Source of the DNA: an uncultured Bacilli bacterium
Lineage (GTDB): Bacteria; Bacillota_I; Bacilli_A; RF39; UBA660
Length of the DNA stretch: 34,941 nucleotides
Assembly (NCBI GenBank): GCA_944364655.1
Contig: CALVWG010000039.1
Location: 1-34,941 of the forward strand
Direction of reading: 5' to 3'
How positions within the stretch are numbered: position 1 is the first letter of the stretch; the number at the start of each line of letters is the position of its first letter. A model generated the notes under the pieces. The model ran no database searches, had not been told where the DNA came from, and saw only the letters and a program-made list of their open reading frames with translations. Shown piece after piece: positions 8,363 through 17,726 of this stretch. A program made the position numbers and the translations under genes.

Positions 8363-8980
8363 ATGGAAATAAAAATGGTTACGGATGCTTTAGCTGATAT
8401 ATGGCCAATGATGACAATATTTTTAGTTGTTATAATATCAGTTAGGTTAATGTATATACATAACAGTAGTGAAAAATTTGTTTTTTACAAAGAATTTTTT
8501 AACATTCTTTTTGTCATTTATGCTTTACTGTTATTTTCCCTTTTAACTAAATCTGAATTAAATGTTAATAGTGGCTATAATTTGGTACCGTTTACCGAAA
8601 TAACTCGTTATAAATTTGGAACAACTGGCTTTAATTTGAATGTCATTGGTAACATTTTAATTTTTGTTCCATTTGGTTATTTTATTTCCACATATATTAG
8701 AGCTAAAAAAATAAGTCACATTTTTTTAGTTACTTTTATAACAAGTTTAACTGTTGAATTTGTTCAACATTACATAGGACGAAGTTTTGACGTTGATGAT
8801 ATTTTATTAAATATAGTTGGCTCAATAATTGGCTTTTTGTTATATGTTGGCTTTGAAGCTATTAAAAAACATTTGCCAAGTGTTTTAAAAAGTGATTTAA
8901 TTTATAACATTTTGTGTTTGCTTTTATGCGCTATTGTTATAATATATTATCTAAGTGTTTTTGGTATCAAATTGTTTTAG
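8363..8980 (+). CDS. VanZ family membrane protein
   Basis: YNLVPF, NVIGNILIFVPFG, VEFVQ...GRSFDVDDILLNIVG. Confidence 0.9.
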   Translation: MEIKMVTDALADIWPMMTIFLVVIISVRLMYIHNSSEKFVFYKEFFNILFVIYALLLFSLLTKSELNVNSGYNLVPFTEITRYKFGTTGFNLNVIGNILIFVPFGYFISTYIRAKKISHIFLVTFITSLTVEFVQHYIGRSFDVDDILLNIVGSIIGFLLYVGFEAIKKHLPSVLKSDLIYNILCLLLCAIVIIYYLSVFGIKLF

Positions 8981-8989
8981 GGGGATTTT

Positions 8990-9430
8990 ATGAATTATCA
9001 AATTAATGATTTATTTGGTTATAAAAAAGATTACAGTTTTTTAGATAGTGTTATTGCTAGGACATTAACAAAAGAAAATGCAGCTGGTTCTATTTTTTCA
9101 ATTATTTTTGTTGATGAAGCAAAAATTCAAGAAATTAATAAAGCTTATCGAAATATTGATCGTGTAACTGATGTTATTAGTTTTGCCTTAGAAGATCAAA
9201 AAGATGATTTTCAACTAGAAGAAAGAGTTTTAGGTGATATATTTATCTGTATTCCAAGAATGCAAGAACAAGCCGTTAGTTATGACCATAGTGAAAAAAG
9301 AGAACTTGCTTTTTTAGTTGTTCATGGATTACTTCACTTATTAGGATATGATCATCAAACTAAAATAGATGAAGAAAAAATGTTTGGCTTACAAAAGGAG
9401 ATTTTAGATGAAGAAGGAATTAAGAGATAA
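8990..9430 (+). CDS. ybeY: rRNA maturation RNase YbeY
   Basis: TDVISF, LGDIFIC, HGLLHLLGYDH. Confidence 0.97.
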   Translation: MNYQINDLFGYKKDYSFLDSVIARTLTKENAAGSIFSIIFVDEAKIQEINKAYRNIDRVTDVISFALEDQKDDFQLEERVLGDIFICIPRMQEQAVSYDHSEKRELAFLVVHGLLHLLGYDHQTKIDEEKMFGLQKEILDEEGIKR

Positions 9431-9788
9431 GGATAATGTTTTTGTGCATTTTTATAATAGTTGTAAATATTCTTTAGCTGGATTATTTACTTCTATTAAA
9501 ACTGAAAGAAGTTTGCATCTTCTTCTTCTTTCAATTGCCTTTGTTATAGTAATGTGTATAATATTAGAAGTTGATGCTAGAGATATTATAACAATTAGTA
9601 TGCTAGCCATATTTTTATTAGCAATGGAATTAATGAATACAGCTATAGAACATACTGTTGACATGGTAACAAAGGAATTTCATCCTTTAGCCAAAAAAGC
9701 CAAAGATTGTGGTTCAGCAGCTTCATTCGTTATTGCTGTCTTAGCAATTATAATTGTCATTTATATATTTTTAAGTTATATACTATAA
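9408..9788 (+). CDS. dgkA: Diacylglycerol/undecaprenol kinase
   Basis: ELMNTAIEHTVD...HPLAKKAKDCGSAA; ybeY-dgkA-era synteny. Confidence 0.93.
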   Translation: MKKELRDKDNVFVHFYNSCKYSLAGLFTSIKTERSLHLLLLSIAFVIVMCIILEVDARDIITISMLAIFLLAMELMNTAIEHTVDMVTKEFHPLAKKAKDCGSAASFVIAVLAIIIVIYIFLSYIL

Positions 9789-9799
9789 GGAGTGGTTTT

Positions 9800-10690
9800 A
9801 TGCGGAGTGGTTTTGTAAGTATAGTCGGGCGACCTAATGTTGGAAAAAGTACCCTTTTAAATAGCATTTTAGATTATAAAATCGCTATAACTTCCAATAA
9901 AGCTCAGACAACAAGAAATATAATTCAAGGAATTTATAATGAAGAAGACACACAAATTATTTTTTTGGATACACCAGGAATTCATAAACCGGAAAGCAAA
10001 TTAGGAAAAATTTTAAATAAAGAAAGCTATTCAGTTATGAAAGATGTTGATGTTATCTTATTTGTAGTCGACGCCAAAAGTGGGATTGGTAAAGGCGATA
10101 AAATGATTTTAGAATCTTTAAAGAAAACTAACAGTCCAGTATTTTTAATTTTAAATAAAATTGATCAAATGAGTGAACAAGAAATATTTTATGCTATTAG
10201 TATTTATAAAGATATTTTTCCTTTTGCTGAGATTGTTCCAGTTAGTGCTTTAAAAAAAGATAATATTGTACATTTAATCAATGTTATTAAAAAATATCTT
10301 ACAGATAATGTTTTATACTTTGATACAGACATGATTACAACTAATTCATTAGCTTTTATGGCAAGTGAACTAGTAAGAGAAAAACTTCTTAATAAAACAA
10401 TTGAAGAAGTACCCCATAGCTTAACTTGTTATACAACAAAATTTGAAGAAAAAGAAAATATTGTTAATATAAATGTTGATATTATAGTTGATCGTGATTC
10501 TATCAAAAAAATAGTTATTGGTAAAGGCGGTCAAAGATTAAAAGAAGTAGGTATGGAAGCAAGAGTAGAATTAGAAAAAATGTTAAACAAAAAAGTATTT
10601 CTAGAATTATATGTTAAAACATTAAAAAATTGGCGGGAAAAAGTCAGCTTTTTAAAAGAATTAGGCTTTGATGAATTAAATTTAAAATAA
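9800..10690 (+). CDS. era: GTPase Era (start corrected to ATG 9800)
   Basis: MRSGFVSIVGRPNVGKSTL, QTTR, DTPG, NKID and KH-domain VIGKGG. RBS AAGGAG at 9787. Confidence 0.98.
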   Translation: MRSGFVSIVGRPNVGKSTLLNSILDYKIAITSNKAQTTRNIIQGIYNEEDTQIIFLDTPGIHKPESKLGKILNKESYSVMKDVDVILFVVDAKSGIGKGDKMILESLKKTNSPVFLILNKIDQMSEQEIFYAISIYKDIFPFAEIVPVSALKKDNIVHLINVIKKYLTDNVLYFDTDMITTNSLAFMASELVREKLLNKTIEEVPHSLTCYTTKFEEKENIVNINVDIIVDRDSIKKIVIGKGGQRLKEVGMEARVELEKMLNKKVFLELYVKTLKNWREKVSFLKELGFDELNLK

Positions 10691-10746
10691 ATTGAATAAA
10701 AATTTTCTTTTACTCCCAAGATAATAATAGAAAGAGAGTGAAAGAA

Positions 10747-10833
10747 ATGGATAAAAAAGAAGCTTGGAAAAAATTTAAAGAAACAGGAAAGATTGAATAT
10801 TACTTAAAATACAAAGGAAAAGATGTGGAATAA
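10747..10833 (+). CDS. yqzL: YqzL-like small protein (28 aa, not in the ORF track)
   Basis: MDKKEAWKKFKETGKIEYYLKYKGKDVE with the W..F..TG.I..YL.YK motif, in the usual era-yqzL-recO position, with an RBS. Confidence 0.8.
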   Translation: MDKKEAWKKFKETGKIEYYLKYKGKDVE

Positions 10834-10835
10834 TA

Positions 10836-11564
10836 ATGATTACAAAAGTGACGGGTTTTATAGTTAGCAGTGTAAATTTTAAAGAGTCGTCACTTATTAT
10901 GCAGATTTTAACCAAAGAATATGGCCTAATAAGTGTAATAGGAAAAGGAGTTAAATCTCTAAAAAGCCCTTTAAGAGCTTTGACTATGCCTTACACTTAT
11001 GGCTATTTTTATTTGTATTACAAAGAAAATAAAATATCGACATTAAAAGATGTTGATATTATTAATCCGTTATTAAATATCCATGAAGATATAGTTTTGT
11101 TAAGTTATTTAAATTATTTTAGCAATTTAATTACTCAAGTTTACAAAGAAAGTGAAAATAAAAAATTATTTGATTTACTAGTTGCTACCGCCATAAAATT
11201 AAATGATGGTTTTGATCCAGAAGTTTTAGCTAATATTTTAGAAGTTAAATGTTTGCCATTTTTAGGAGTAGGCTTAACCCTTGATTGTTGTATTAACTGT
11301 GGCAGCCAAAAAAATATTGTTACAATTGATGGTGATAAAGGTGGTTTAATTTGTAAAGATTGCTATCAAAATGAACCAATTGTTAAATTAGATACTATTA
11401 AACTTTTAAGAATGTTTATGTATGTTGATATAAATAGAATATCAAAATTAAATATAAAAAAAGAAAATAAAAAAGAAATAAATATGTTTTTAACTTTGTA
11501 TTATAATAGATATACTGGCATATATTTAAATAGTAAAGATTTTTTAAAAAAGTTAAATTTATAA
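10836..11564 (+). CDS. recO: DNA repair protein RecO
   Basis: N-terminal OB fold (ESSLIMQILTKEYG...KGVKS..S) and zinc finger CCINCG...GGLICKDC. Synteny with era. Confidence 0.95.
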   Translation: MITKVTGFIVSSVNFKESSLIMQILTKEYGLISVIGKGVKSLKSPLRALTMPYTYGYFYLYYKENKISTLKDVDIINPLLNIHEDIVLLSYLNYFSNLITQVYKESENKKLFDLLVATAIKLNDGFDPEVLANILEVKCLPFLGVGLTLDCCINCGSQKNIVTIDGDKGGLICKDCYQNEPIVKLDTIKLLRMFMYVDINRISKLNIKKENKKEINMFLTLYYNRYTGIYLNSKDFLKKLNL

Positions 11565-11571
11565 TTTAAAT

Positions 11572-11600
11572 TTGACAAATTAAAATCTTTTTTCTATAAT
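11572..11600 (+). promoter_or_regulatory. Consensus sigma-A promoter of the ileS leader
   Basis: TTGACA, 17-bp spacer, TATAAT. Confidence 0.85.
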
Positions 11601-11606
11601 TAAGGC

Positions 11607-11805
11607 ATGCAAAAACATTAAGACACGTTTATATCTAGTCTTTTTTGTAGAGAGCCTATGGTTGGTGAAAATAGGCAAAAAGCATTTATAAATATCACTT
11701 AAGAAATTGTTTTTCGGAAGTCACTAACGATATCTAGTGAATTAAGTTAAAATTAAGGATGGTACCGTCTAATATAGACTCCTTTGGTATCATCCTTTTT
11801 TATTT
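11607..11805 (+). promoter_or_regulatory. T-box riboswitch (Ile)
   Basis: AGAGA-GCCTAT-GGTTGGTGAA-ATAGGC stem I apex, specifier ATC (11694-11696), T-box AAGGATGGTACCGTC with antiterminator GAC-TCCTT, terminator GGATGGTACC/GGTATCATCC plus U-tract. Confidence 0.92.
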
Positions 11806-11823
11806 TAGAAAGGAAATGGAAAA

Positions 11824-14800
11824 ATGAAAGATTTTAAAGCTTTAGATAAAAGAGCATCTTATGAAGTTGAACAAGACATTTTAAACTCTTGGGGTGGCGT
11901 ACAAGGGATTTATGAAAAATCAATTGCTAAACATTTAAATGATCCAAAATTTGTTTTTTATGATGGTCCAGCTACAGCAAATGGACATCCTGGTTTACAC
12001 CATATGATGGCTAAATTTTTAAAAGATACTTTTTGTAAATATCAAACAATGAAAGGACATCTTGTTTACCGAAAAATTGGTTGGGATACACATGGCTTGC
12101 CAGTAGAATTACAAGTTGAAAAAGAGTTAGGTTTTCATAACAAAAATGATATCGAAGCATATGGTATTTTAGAATTTAACCAAAAATGTCGGGAAAGTGT
12201 TTGGAAAAATGAAGAAAGTTTTTCTAGACTTACTAATAAAATGGGACAATTTATTGATTTAAAAAATCCATATATTACTTATGACAATAATTATATTGAA
12301 ACTGAATGGTGGATTTTAAAGAAATTTTTTGATGAAGGTTATTTTTATGAAGGAAGTAAAATATTACCATATTGTCCTCGTTGCGGAACAGGTCTTGCTA
12401 GTCATGAAGTTGCTCAAGGATATAAAGAAGTTAGTGTTGATACAGTTATTGTTCCAATGAAATTAAAGAATAAAGATGCTTATTTCTTAGTATGGACAAC
12501 AACTCCATGGACTTTAATTTCGAATGTGGCTGTTTGCGTTAATCCTAATGAAGAATATGTGTTATGTGAATCAAAAGGTTTAAAGCTTATTTTAGCTAGT
12601 AAATTAGCTAGTAATGTTCTAGGTGAAGATTATAAAGTATTAGAAACGTATCAAGGAAAAGATTTAGAATATGAAGAATATGAACAATTAATACCAGAAT
12701 TAAAAGTAACTGGTAAAGCTTTCTTTGTTTGTTGCGATGATTATGTTACTATGGATAGTGGAACAGGTATTGTTCATTTAGCTCCAGCGTTTGGTGAAGA
12801 TGATGCCAAAGTTGGTAAAAAATATAATTTGCCTTATGTAAATCCAGTTGGTGACGATGGAAAATACTTAGAAGGTCCTTGGAAAGGAATGCTTGTTTTT
12901 GATGCTGATTTAGAAGTTATTAAATATTTAAAAAGTAATGATAAATTATTTAAAAAGCAAAAAATAACTCATAACTATCCACACTGTTGGCGTTGTAATA
13001 CTCCATTAATTTACTACTCAAAACCAAGCTTTTATATCGAAACTACTAAATTTAAAGATAAAATTATTGCCGCTAATAAGACAGTTAATTGGTATCCAGC
13101 TTATGTTGGGGAAAAACGCTTTGGTAATTGGTTAGAAGAATTAAAAGACTGGGCAATAAGTCGTAACCGTTATTGGGGAACACCACTTCCTTTATGGAGA
13201 TGTGAATGTGGATATGATCATATGGTAGGTTCTCGAGAAGAACTTTCAAAAATGGCTACAACGAAAGTTGATTCCAAGACAGTCGAGTTACATCGTCCTT
13301 TTGTTGATGAAATAAAATTAAAATGCCCTAAATGTGGCAAAGAAATGACACGGGTTAATGATGTCATTGATTGTTGGTTTGATTCAGGATCTATGCCTTT
13401 TGCCCAATATCATTATCCTTTTGAAAAAGATAGTTTATTTGAATCACAATTTCCAGCTGATTACATCTGTGAAGGAATTGATCAAACAAGAGGTTGGTTT
13501 TATACATTATTAGTAATATCAACTTTTGTTAAAGGAGGTGCCCCTTATAAAAATGTACTAGTTAATGATTTAGTTTTAGATGCTGAAGGCAAGAAGATGA
13601 GTAAAAGTAAAGGTAACATTGTTGAACCGTTTACAACTATGGAAAAATATGGTGCTGATACAGTTCGCTTTTATCTTGCTTACGTTTCACCAGTTTGGAC
13701 ACCTTTAAAATTTAGTGAAGAAGGTTTAAAAGAAGTTTATTCTAAATTTTTAAACCCTTTAAAAAATACATACAGCTTCTTTCAAATGTATGCTAATGCC
13801 GATCATATCGATATTGATAATTGTCAAGTTCCTTATCAAGAAAGAGAAGAAATTGATCGTTGGCTTCTTTCTAAATATAACGGACTTGTTAAAAATGTCA
13901 ATGACGCTTTTAAAGAATACGATTTAAACAAAGCTGCAAGATATATTGCTAATTTTGTTTCCGAAGATTTATCAAATTGGTATATTAGACGCAATCGAAA
14001 AAGATTTTGGGATAGTGAAATGACTATTTCTAAAAAAAGTGTTTATATAACAACCTATGAAGTATTAGTAGGTATTTCAAAATTAATTGCCCCAATCACA
14101 CCATTTATCTCAGAAGAAATTTATCGAAATTTAACAGGTGAAGAAAGTGTTCATTTAGCAAGTTATCCAGAAGTAGATGAAAAACTTATTGATTTATCTT
14201 TAGAAGAAAAAATGGATTTAGTAAGAGAAATAATTCGTTTAGGAAGAAATGGTCGTGAAGAAGCTAAAATAAAGGTTCGTGAACCTCTTCTTGAAGTATA
14301 TTTAGATGGCAAAGTTGAAAATAAAATTGCCGATTTAGTTCCATTAATAATAGAAGAATTAAATGTTAAAAAAGTAGAATTTATAACGGATTTAACAAAA
14401 TACATGAATTTTACTGTAAAACCAAATTTTAAAGAAGTTGGTAAAACTTTTGGACCAAAAATCAAAAAATTTCAAGAAATACTAGAAAATTTGCCTGAAA
14501 CTGATAAAGTATGGTTAGAAAAAGGACAAGAAATTATCATTAATATGGATAATGAAGAAATAAAAGTAACACCTAATATGGTAGATGTAAGAGTTGAGGC
14601 AAAAGTCGGATTTAATGTTTCAATGGAAGGAAATCTCTTTGTTATTTTAAATACTGAAAGAACCGAAGAACTTATTTTAGAAGGTATGGCAAGAGAATTG
14701 GTAAGTAAAGTCCAAAATATGCGTAAAGCAAAAGATTTAGAAATTACTGATCGAATTATTTTGTATTATAAAGGTACTGAAACTTTTAAAAAATCATTAG

Positions 14801-14922
14801 AAATGTTTAAAAATTATATTCAAGAAGAAACTTTAGCTACAGAAATTTTAGAAAAAGATGATTTAAAAGAAACTTTTGATATTAATGGTGAAGAAGTATT
14901 CATTGATTTAGAAAAAAAATAA
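11824..14922 (+). CDS. ileS: Isoleucine--tRNA ligase, type 2 (IleRS2)
   Basis: FYDGPATANG, GWDTHGLPVE, WTTTPWTL, GTGIVHLAP, DWAISRNRYWG, EGIDQTRGWF, KMSKS. The long C-terminus lacks the IleRS1 zinc finger. Ile T-box upstream. Confidence 0.98.
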   Translation: MKDFKALDKRASYEVEQDILNSWGGVQGIYEKSIAKHLNDPKFVFYDGPATANGHPGLHHMMAKFLKDTFCKYQTMKGHLVYRKIGWDTHGLPVELQVEKELGFHNKNDIEAYGILEFNQKCRESVWKNEESFSRLTNKMGQFIDLKNPYITYDNNYIETEWWILKKFFDEGYFYEGSKILPYCPRCGTGLASHEVAQGYKEVSVDTVIVPMKLKNKDAYFLVWTTTPWTLISNVAVCVNPNEEYVLCESKGLKLILASKLASNVLGEDYKVLETYQGKDLEYEEYEQLIPELKVTGKAFFVCCDDYVTMDSGTGIVHLAPAFGEDDAKVGKKYNLPYVNPVGDDGKYLEGPWKGMLVFDADLEVIKYLKSNDKLFKKQKITHNYPHCWRCNTPLIYYSKPSFYIETTKFKDKIIAANKTVNWYPAYVGEKRFGNWLEELKDWAISRNRYWGTPLPLWRCECGYDHMVGSREELSKMATTKVDSKTVELHRPFVDEIKLKCPKCGKEMTRVNDVIDCWFDSGSMPFAQYHYPFEKDSLFESQFPADYICEGIDQTRGWFYTLLVISTFVKGGAPYKNVLVNDLVLDAEGKKMSKSKGNIVEPFTTMEKYGADTVRFYLAYVSPVWTPLKFSEEGLKEVYSKFLNPLKNTYSFFQMYANADHIDIDNCQVPYQEREEIDRWLLSKYNGLVKNVNDAFKEYDLNKAARYIANFVSEDLSNWYIRRNRKRFWDSEMTISKKSVYITTYEVLVGISKLIAPITPFISEEIYRNLTGEESVHLASYPEVDEKLIDLSLEEKMDLVREIIRLGRNGREEAKIKVREPLLEVYLDGKVENKIADLVPLIIEELNVKKVEFITDLTKYMNFTVKPNFKEVGKTFGPKIKKFQEILENLPETDKVWLEKGQEIIINMDNEEIKVTPNMVDVRVEAKVGFNVSMEGNLFVILNTERTEELILEGMARELVSKVQNMRKAKDLEITDRIILYYKGTETFKKSLEMFKNYIQEETLATEILEKDDLKETFDINGEEVFIDLEKK

Positions 14923-14925
14923 ATT

Positions 14926-14960
14926 AAAATGCTTAATTTGAATAATTGAGCATTTTTTTT
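14926..14960 (+). terminator. Rho-independent terminator after ileS
   Basis: AATGCTTAATT-tgaat-AATTGAGCATT followed by a T run. Confidence 0.8.
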
Positions 14961-15098
14961 GTTTAAAAGAAATTAAAATCTCAAAAATTACTTTTAATAC
15001 AATTTAATAAGTATAATTAAAATAAACTTTTTACCAAAAAATAAATTTATAAAAATTATCGACAATTTTAAATATAACGAGTAAAATGATTATAGGAG

Positions 15099-16409
15099 TT
15101 GAGAAGAGTGAAAAAGAAAAATGTTATTATTATAATATGTATAGTGCTTTTTGTTATATTTATTGGTATAGGTAGCACTTTATTTTTACTTACAAAAAAT
15201 AAAACCAGTAATGAAACAATAAATGAAGTAAAAAAACCAACTATAAAAGAAAAAGTAGAAGTAGAGATAAATTCTTCTGTTTTAAAAATTTCTGATTTCT
15301 TTTCTAGTAATGTAGATTTTAAAAATGTAACTATATTTTATTATTTAAATGATGAGGAAATAACTTTTACAAACTTTTATGATAAACTAGGAGAATTCAA
15401 AGTACTAATTAAAGCTGAAGATAATGAATATCAAACACTTTTAAAGGTTATTGATACTACTGCTCCAGAGTTAGAAGTACAAGATGTAACTATAGTTAAA
15501 AATTCTGGTTATGACATTTCAAAATTTGTAGTTAGTTGCAAAGATAACAGTGAGGAAGATTGTATTTTAAAATATTCTGATAATGCCATGGCAAATTATC
15601 AAGAAGTAGGAGAATATACTGTATCCATTGTTGCAAAAGATGCTTCTGAAAATGTAGTTCAAAAAGATGCTAAATTAACTATAACAAAAGAAATTTCTAA
15701 TCAAAATCCACCTACTTCAAATAATGGATCATCTAATCAAAGCTCTTCAAATAATCAAAATATATCATCAAATTCTAATTCAACGTCAAATAATAATAGT
15801 AATAATCCAAATAATAATACCTATATAAATTATTATACGAAAGATAGAACTGAAAAAGAAGATTTCAAATATGGAGTCAAACTTGTTAAAGAAATAACGG
15901 ATTATTACAGAGTAAAACAAGATAATAGTGTAGAAACTTATGATTCAAAAGTAACACGAACTTATTATGATTTTTCAGGATATAATGGAACAGCTAGTAC
16001 TTTAACATCTGAAGCTCGTACTAATTCCGTAACTTACAGTGCAATGGCTAATGAAATAGTATCTTTAGTAAATAATTTACGAACAAGCCTTGGCAAAACA
16101 AAACTTTCCCTAGATTCTAATTTAACTACTATGGCAATGATTAGAGCAATGGAGTTAAGTTATGGTAATACCTTTAGTCATACTAGACCTAATGGAAATA
16201 TTTGCTTTTCACTAGGAAGTGAATTTAATTATCCTTTTTATGCTGAAAATATTGCAGCAGGTCAAACAAGCGCATCTAATGTTTTTAATTCGTGGAAAAA
16301 TTCTTCTGGACATTATCAAAATATGATTAATAGTGACTATAAAAAAATTGGTATAGGAGTTAATTATTTTGATGGGAAGTATTATTGGGTTCAAATTTTT
16401 AGTTATTAG
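15099..16409 (+). CDS. Membrane-anchored CAP/SCP-domain protein with Ig-like repeats
   Basis: N-terminal TM, VIDTTAPEL and GEYTVSIVAKDASEN Ig-like motifs, Asn/Ser linker, CAP motifs FSHTRPNG, AENIAAG, WKNSSGHYQNM, YWVQIF. Confidence 0.9.
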   Translation: MRRVKKKNVIIIICIVLFVIFIGIGSTLFLLTKNKTSNETINEVKKPTIKEKVEVEINSSVLKISDFFSSNVDFKNVTIFYYLNDEEITFTNFYDKLGEFKVLIKAEDNEYQTLLKVIDTTAPELEVQDVTIVKNSGYDISKFVVSCKDNSEEDCILKYSDNAMANYQEVGEYTVSIVAKDASENVVQKDAKLTITKEISNQNPPTSNNGSSNQSSSNNQNISSNSNSTSNNNSNNPNNNTYINYYTKDRTEKEDFKYGVKLVKEITDYYRVKQDNSVETYDSKVTRTYYDFSGYNGTASTLTSEARTNSVTYSAMANEIVSLVNNLRTSLGKTKLSLDSNLTTMAMIRAMELSYGNTFSHTRPNGNICFSLGSEFNYPFYAENIAAGQTSASNVFNSWKNSSGHYQNMINSDYKKIGIGVNYFDGKYYWVQIFSY

Positions 16410-16515
16410 AAAAAATATAATTTTATAAGAAATAAATTGAAACATAAGAAAAAAAAGGTATAATAGTAAGAAAGGAGGACTGTAGTACATATATAAGAAA
16501 AAAGTATTTAAAATT

Positions 16516-17136
16516 ATGAAAAATAAAAAAAGTAAGCTAATAACGATTGCAACTGATGAAGAATATTTAAGGCAAAAATCTGCTTTTGTTGATGTAAAAA
16601 AAGATAGTAACTTAATTGAAGAATTAAATACATTAAGAGATTATTGTAAAAAAAATGATGTATTAGCTATGGCTGCTGTTCAATTGAAAATTCCCAAAAG
16701 ATTAATTTATTTAAAAAACGCGAATTTAGAAATAGTAAATAAAATTCAAAAAGATTCTATTAGTGAAAATGAAAGAAAATATGATGAGGCTCGTTTTTTA
16801 ATAAATCCCGTTATTATAAAAAAAGAGGGTTTAACAGATTATTGGGAAAACTGTGCAAGTTGTTTGGATTATTGTGGCCGTGTTTTAAGGCCTTATAGAA
16901 TTGAAGTAGAATTTGATGATCTTGATGGTTGTAAAAAGCATGAAATTTTTGAAGGATTTGCATCAACTGTATTATCTCATGAAATTGATCATTTGGATGG
17001 TATTTTGCATATGGACATTGCTGAAGAAATAAAAGAAATGCCACTTGAAGAAAGAAAATTATGGCGTCAAACTCATGGTTATAAGATTTATTCTAAAACA
17101 GGAAATTATAATTTATTAAAAAAAAACTTTGGCTAA
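16516..17136 (+). CDS. def: Peptide deformylase (atypical motifs)
   Basis: AMAAVQ, LINPVI, ENCAS, HEIDHLDGIL. Confidence 0.85.
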   Translation: MKNKKSKLITIATDEEYLRQKSAFVDVKKDSNLIEELNTLRDYCKKNDVLAMAAVQLKIPKRLIYLKNANLEIVNKIQKDSISENERKYDEARFLINPVIIKKEGLTDYWENCASCLDYCGRVLRPYRIEVEFDDLDGCKKHEIFEGFASTVLSHEIDHLDGILHMDIAEEIKEMPLEERKLWRQTHGYKIYSKTGNYNLLKKNFG

Positions 17137-17178
17137 CAAAATATTAAAATAATTAAATAGAGAAATGGAGGAATATTT

Positions 17179-17721
17179 ATGATTTATTGGGCAATGTGGT
17201 TAGTGGTTGTTGTATTACTGGCAATAATCGAAGCATCCACAGTTAATTTAGTTTCAATTTGGTTTGTAATAAGTGGGTTAGTTGCATTAATAGTGTCTTT
17301 ATTTACTGATTTATTCTATTTACAATTTGGAATATTTGTCGTTTTAGGCACACTTTTATTAATTTTAACTAAACCAATGATTAAAAAAATTAATGCAAAT
17401 AAAGAAACTAAATTAAATTTAGAAAGAATAATAGGAATGGAAGGAATAGTTACTAGCGAGATAAATAAAAATGTTATTGGTGAAGTAAAAGTTGATGGTA
17501 AACTTTGGAGTGCTATTTCTAATACTAAAATTCCTGTTAATGCGATTATTAAAGCTAAAGAAATTGATGGAGTTAAGTTAGTTGTTGAAAAAGTTAAAGA
17601 AGAAAATGCAAACACTGAAAAGAAAAAAACAACTTCCACAAAGAAAAAAACGACTTCATCAAAGAAAAAAAGTCCAGCTAAGAAAAATAATTCGAAAAAA
17701 GTTGTTAAGAAAGAGAGTTGA
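17179..17721 (+). CDS. NfeD family protein with Lys-rich C-terminal tail
   Basis: TM helices and OB-domain IGMEGIVT...GEVKVDGKLWSA. Paired with the SPFH gene. Confidence 0.9.
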   Translation: MIYWAMWLVVVVLLAIIEASTVNLVSIWFVISGLVALIVSLFTDLFYLQFGIFVVLGTLLLILTKPMIKKINANKETKLNLERIIGMEGIVTSEINKNVIGEVKVDGKLWSAISNTKIPVNAIIKAKEIDGVKLVVEKVKEENANTEKKKTTSTKKKTTSSKKKSPAKKNNSKKVVKKES

Positions 17722-17726
17722 TTTTG

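Noticed and set aside
15700-15820. Asn/Ser-rich low-complexity segment (similar Pro/Glu/Asn segment at 29160-29570)
   Set aside because: These are ordinary flexible linkers or stalks of surface proteins, not DNA repeat arrays.
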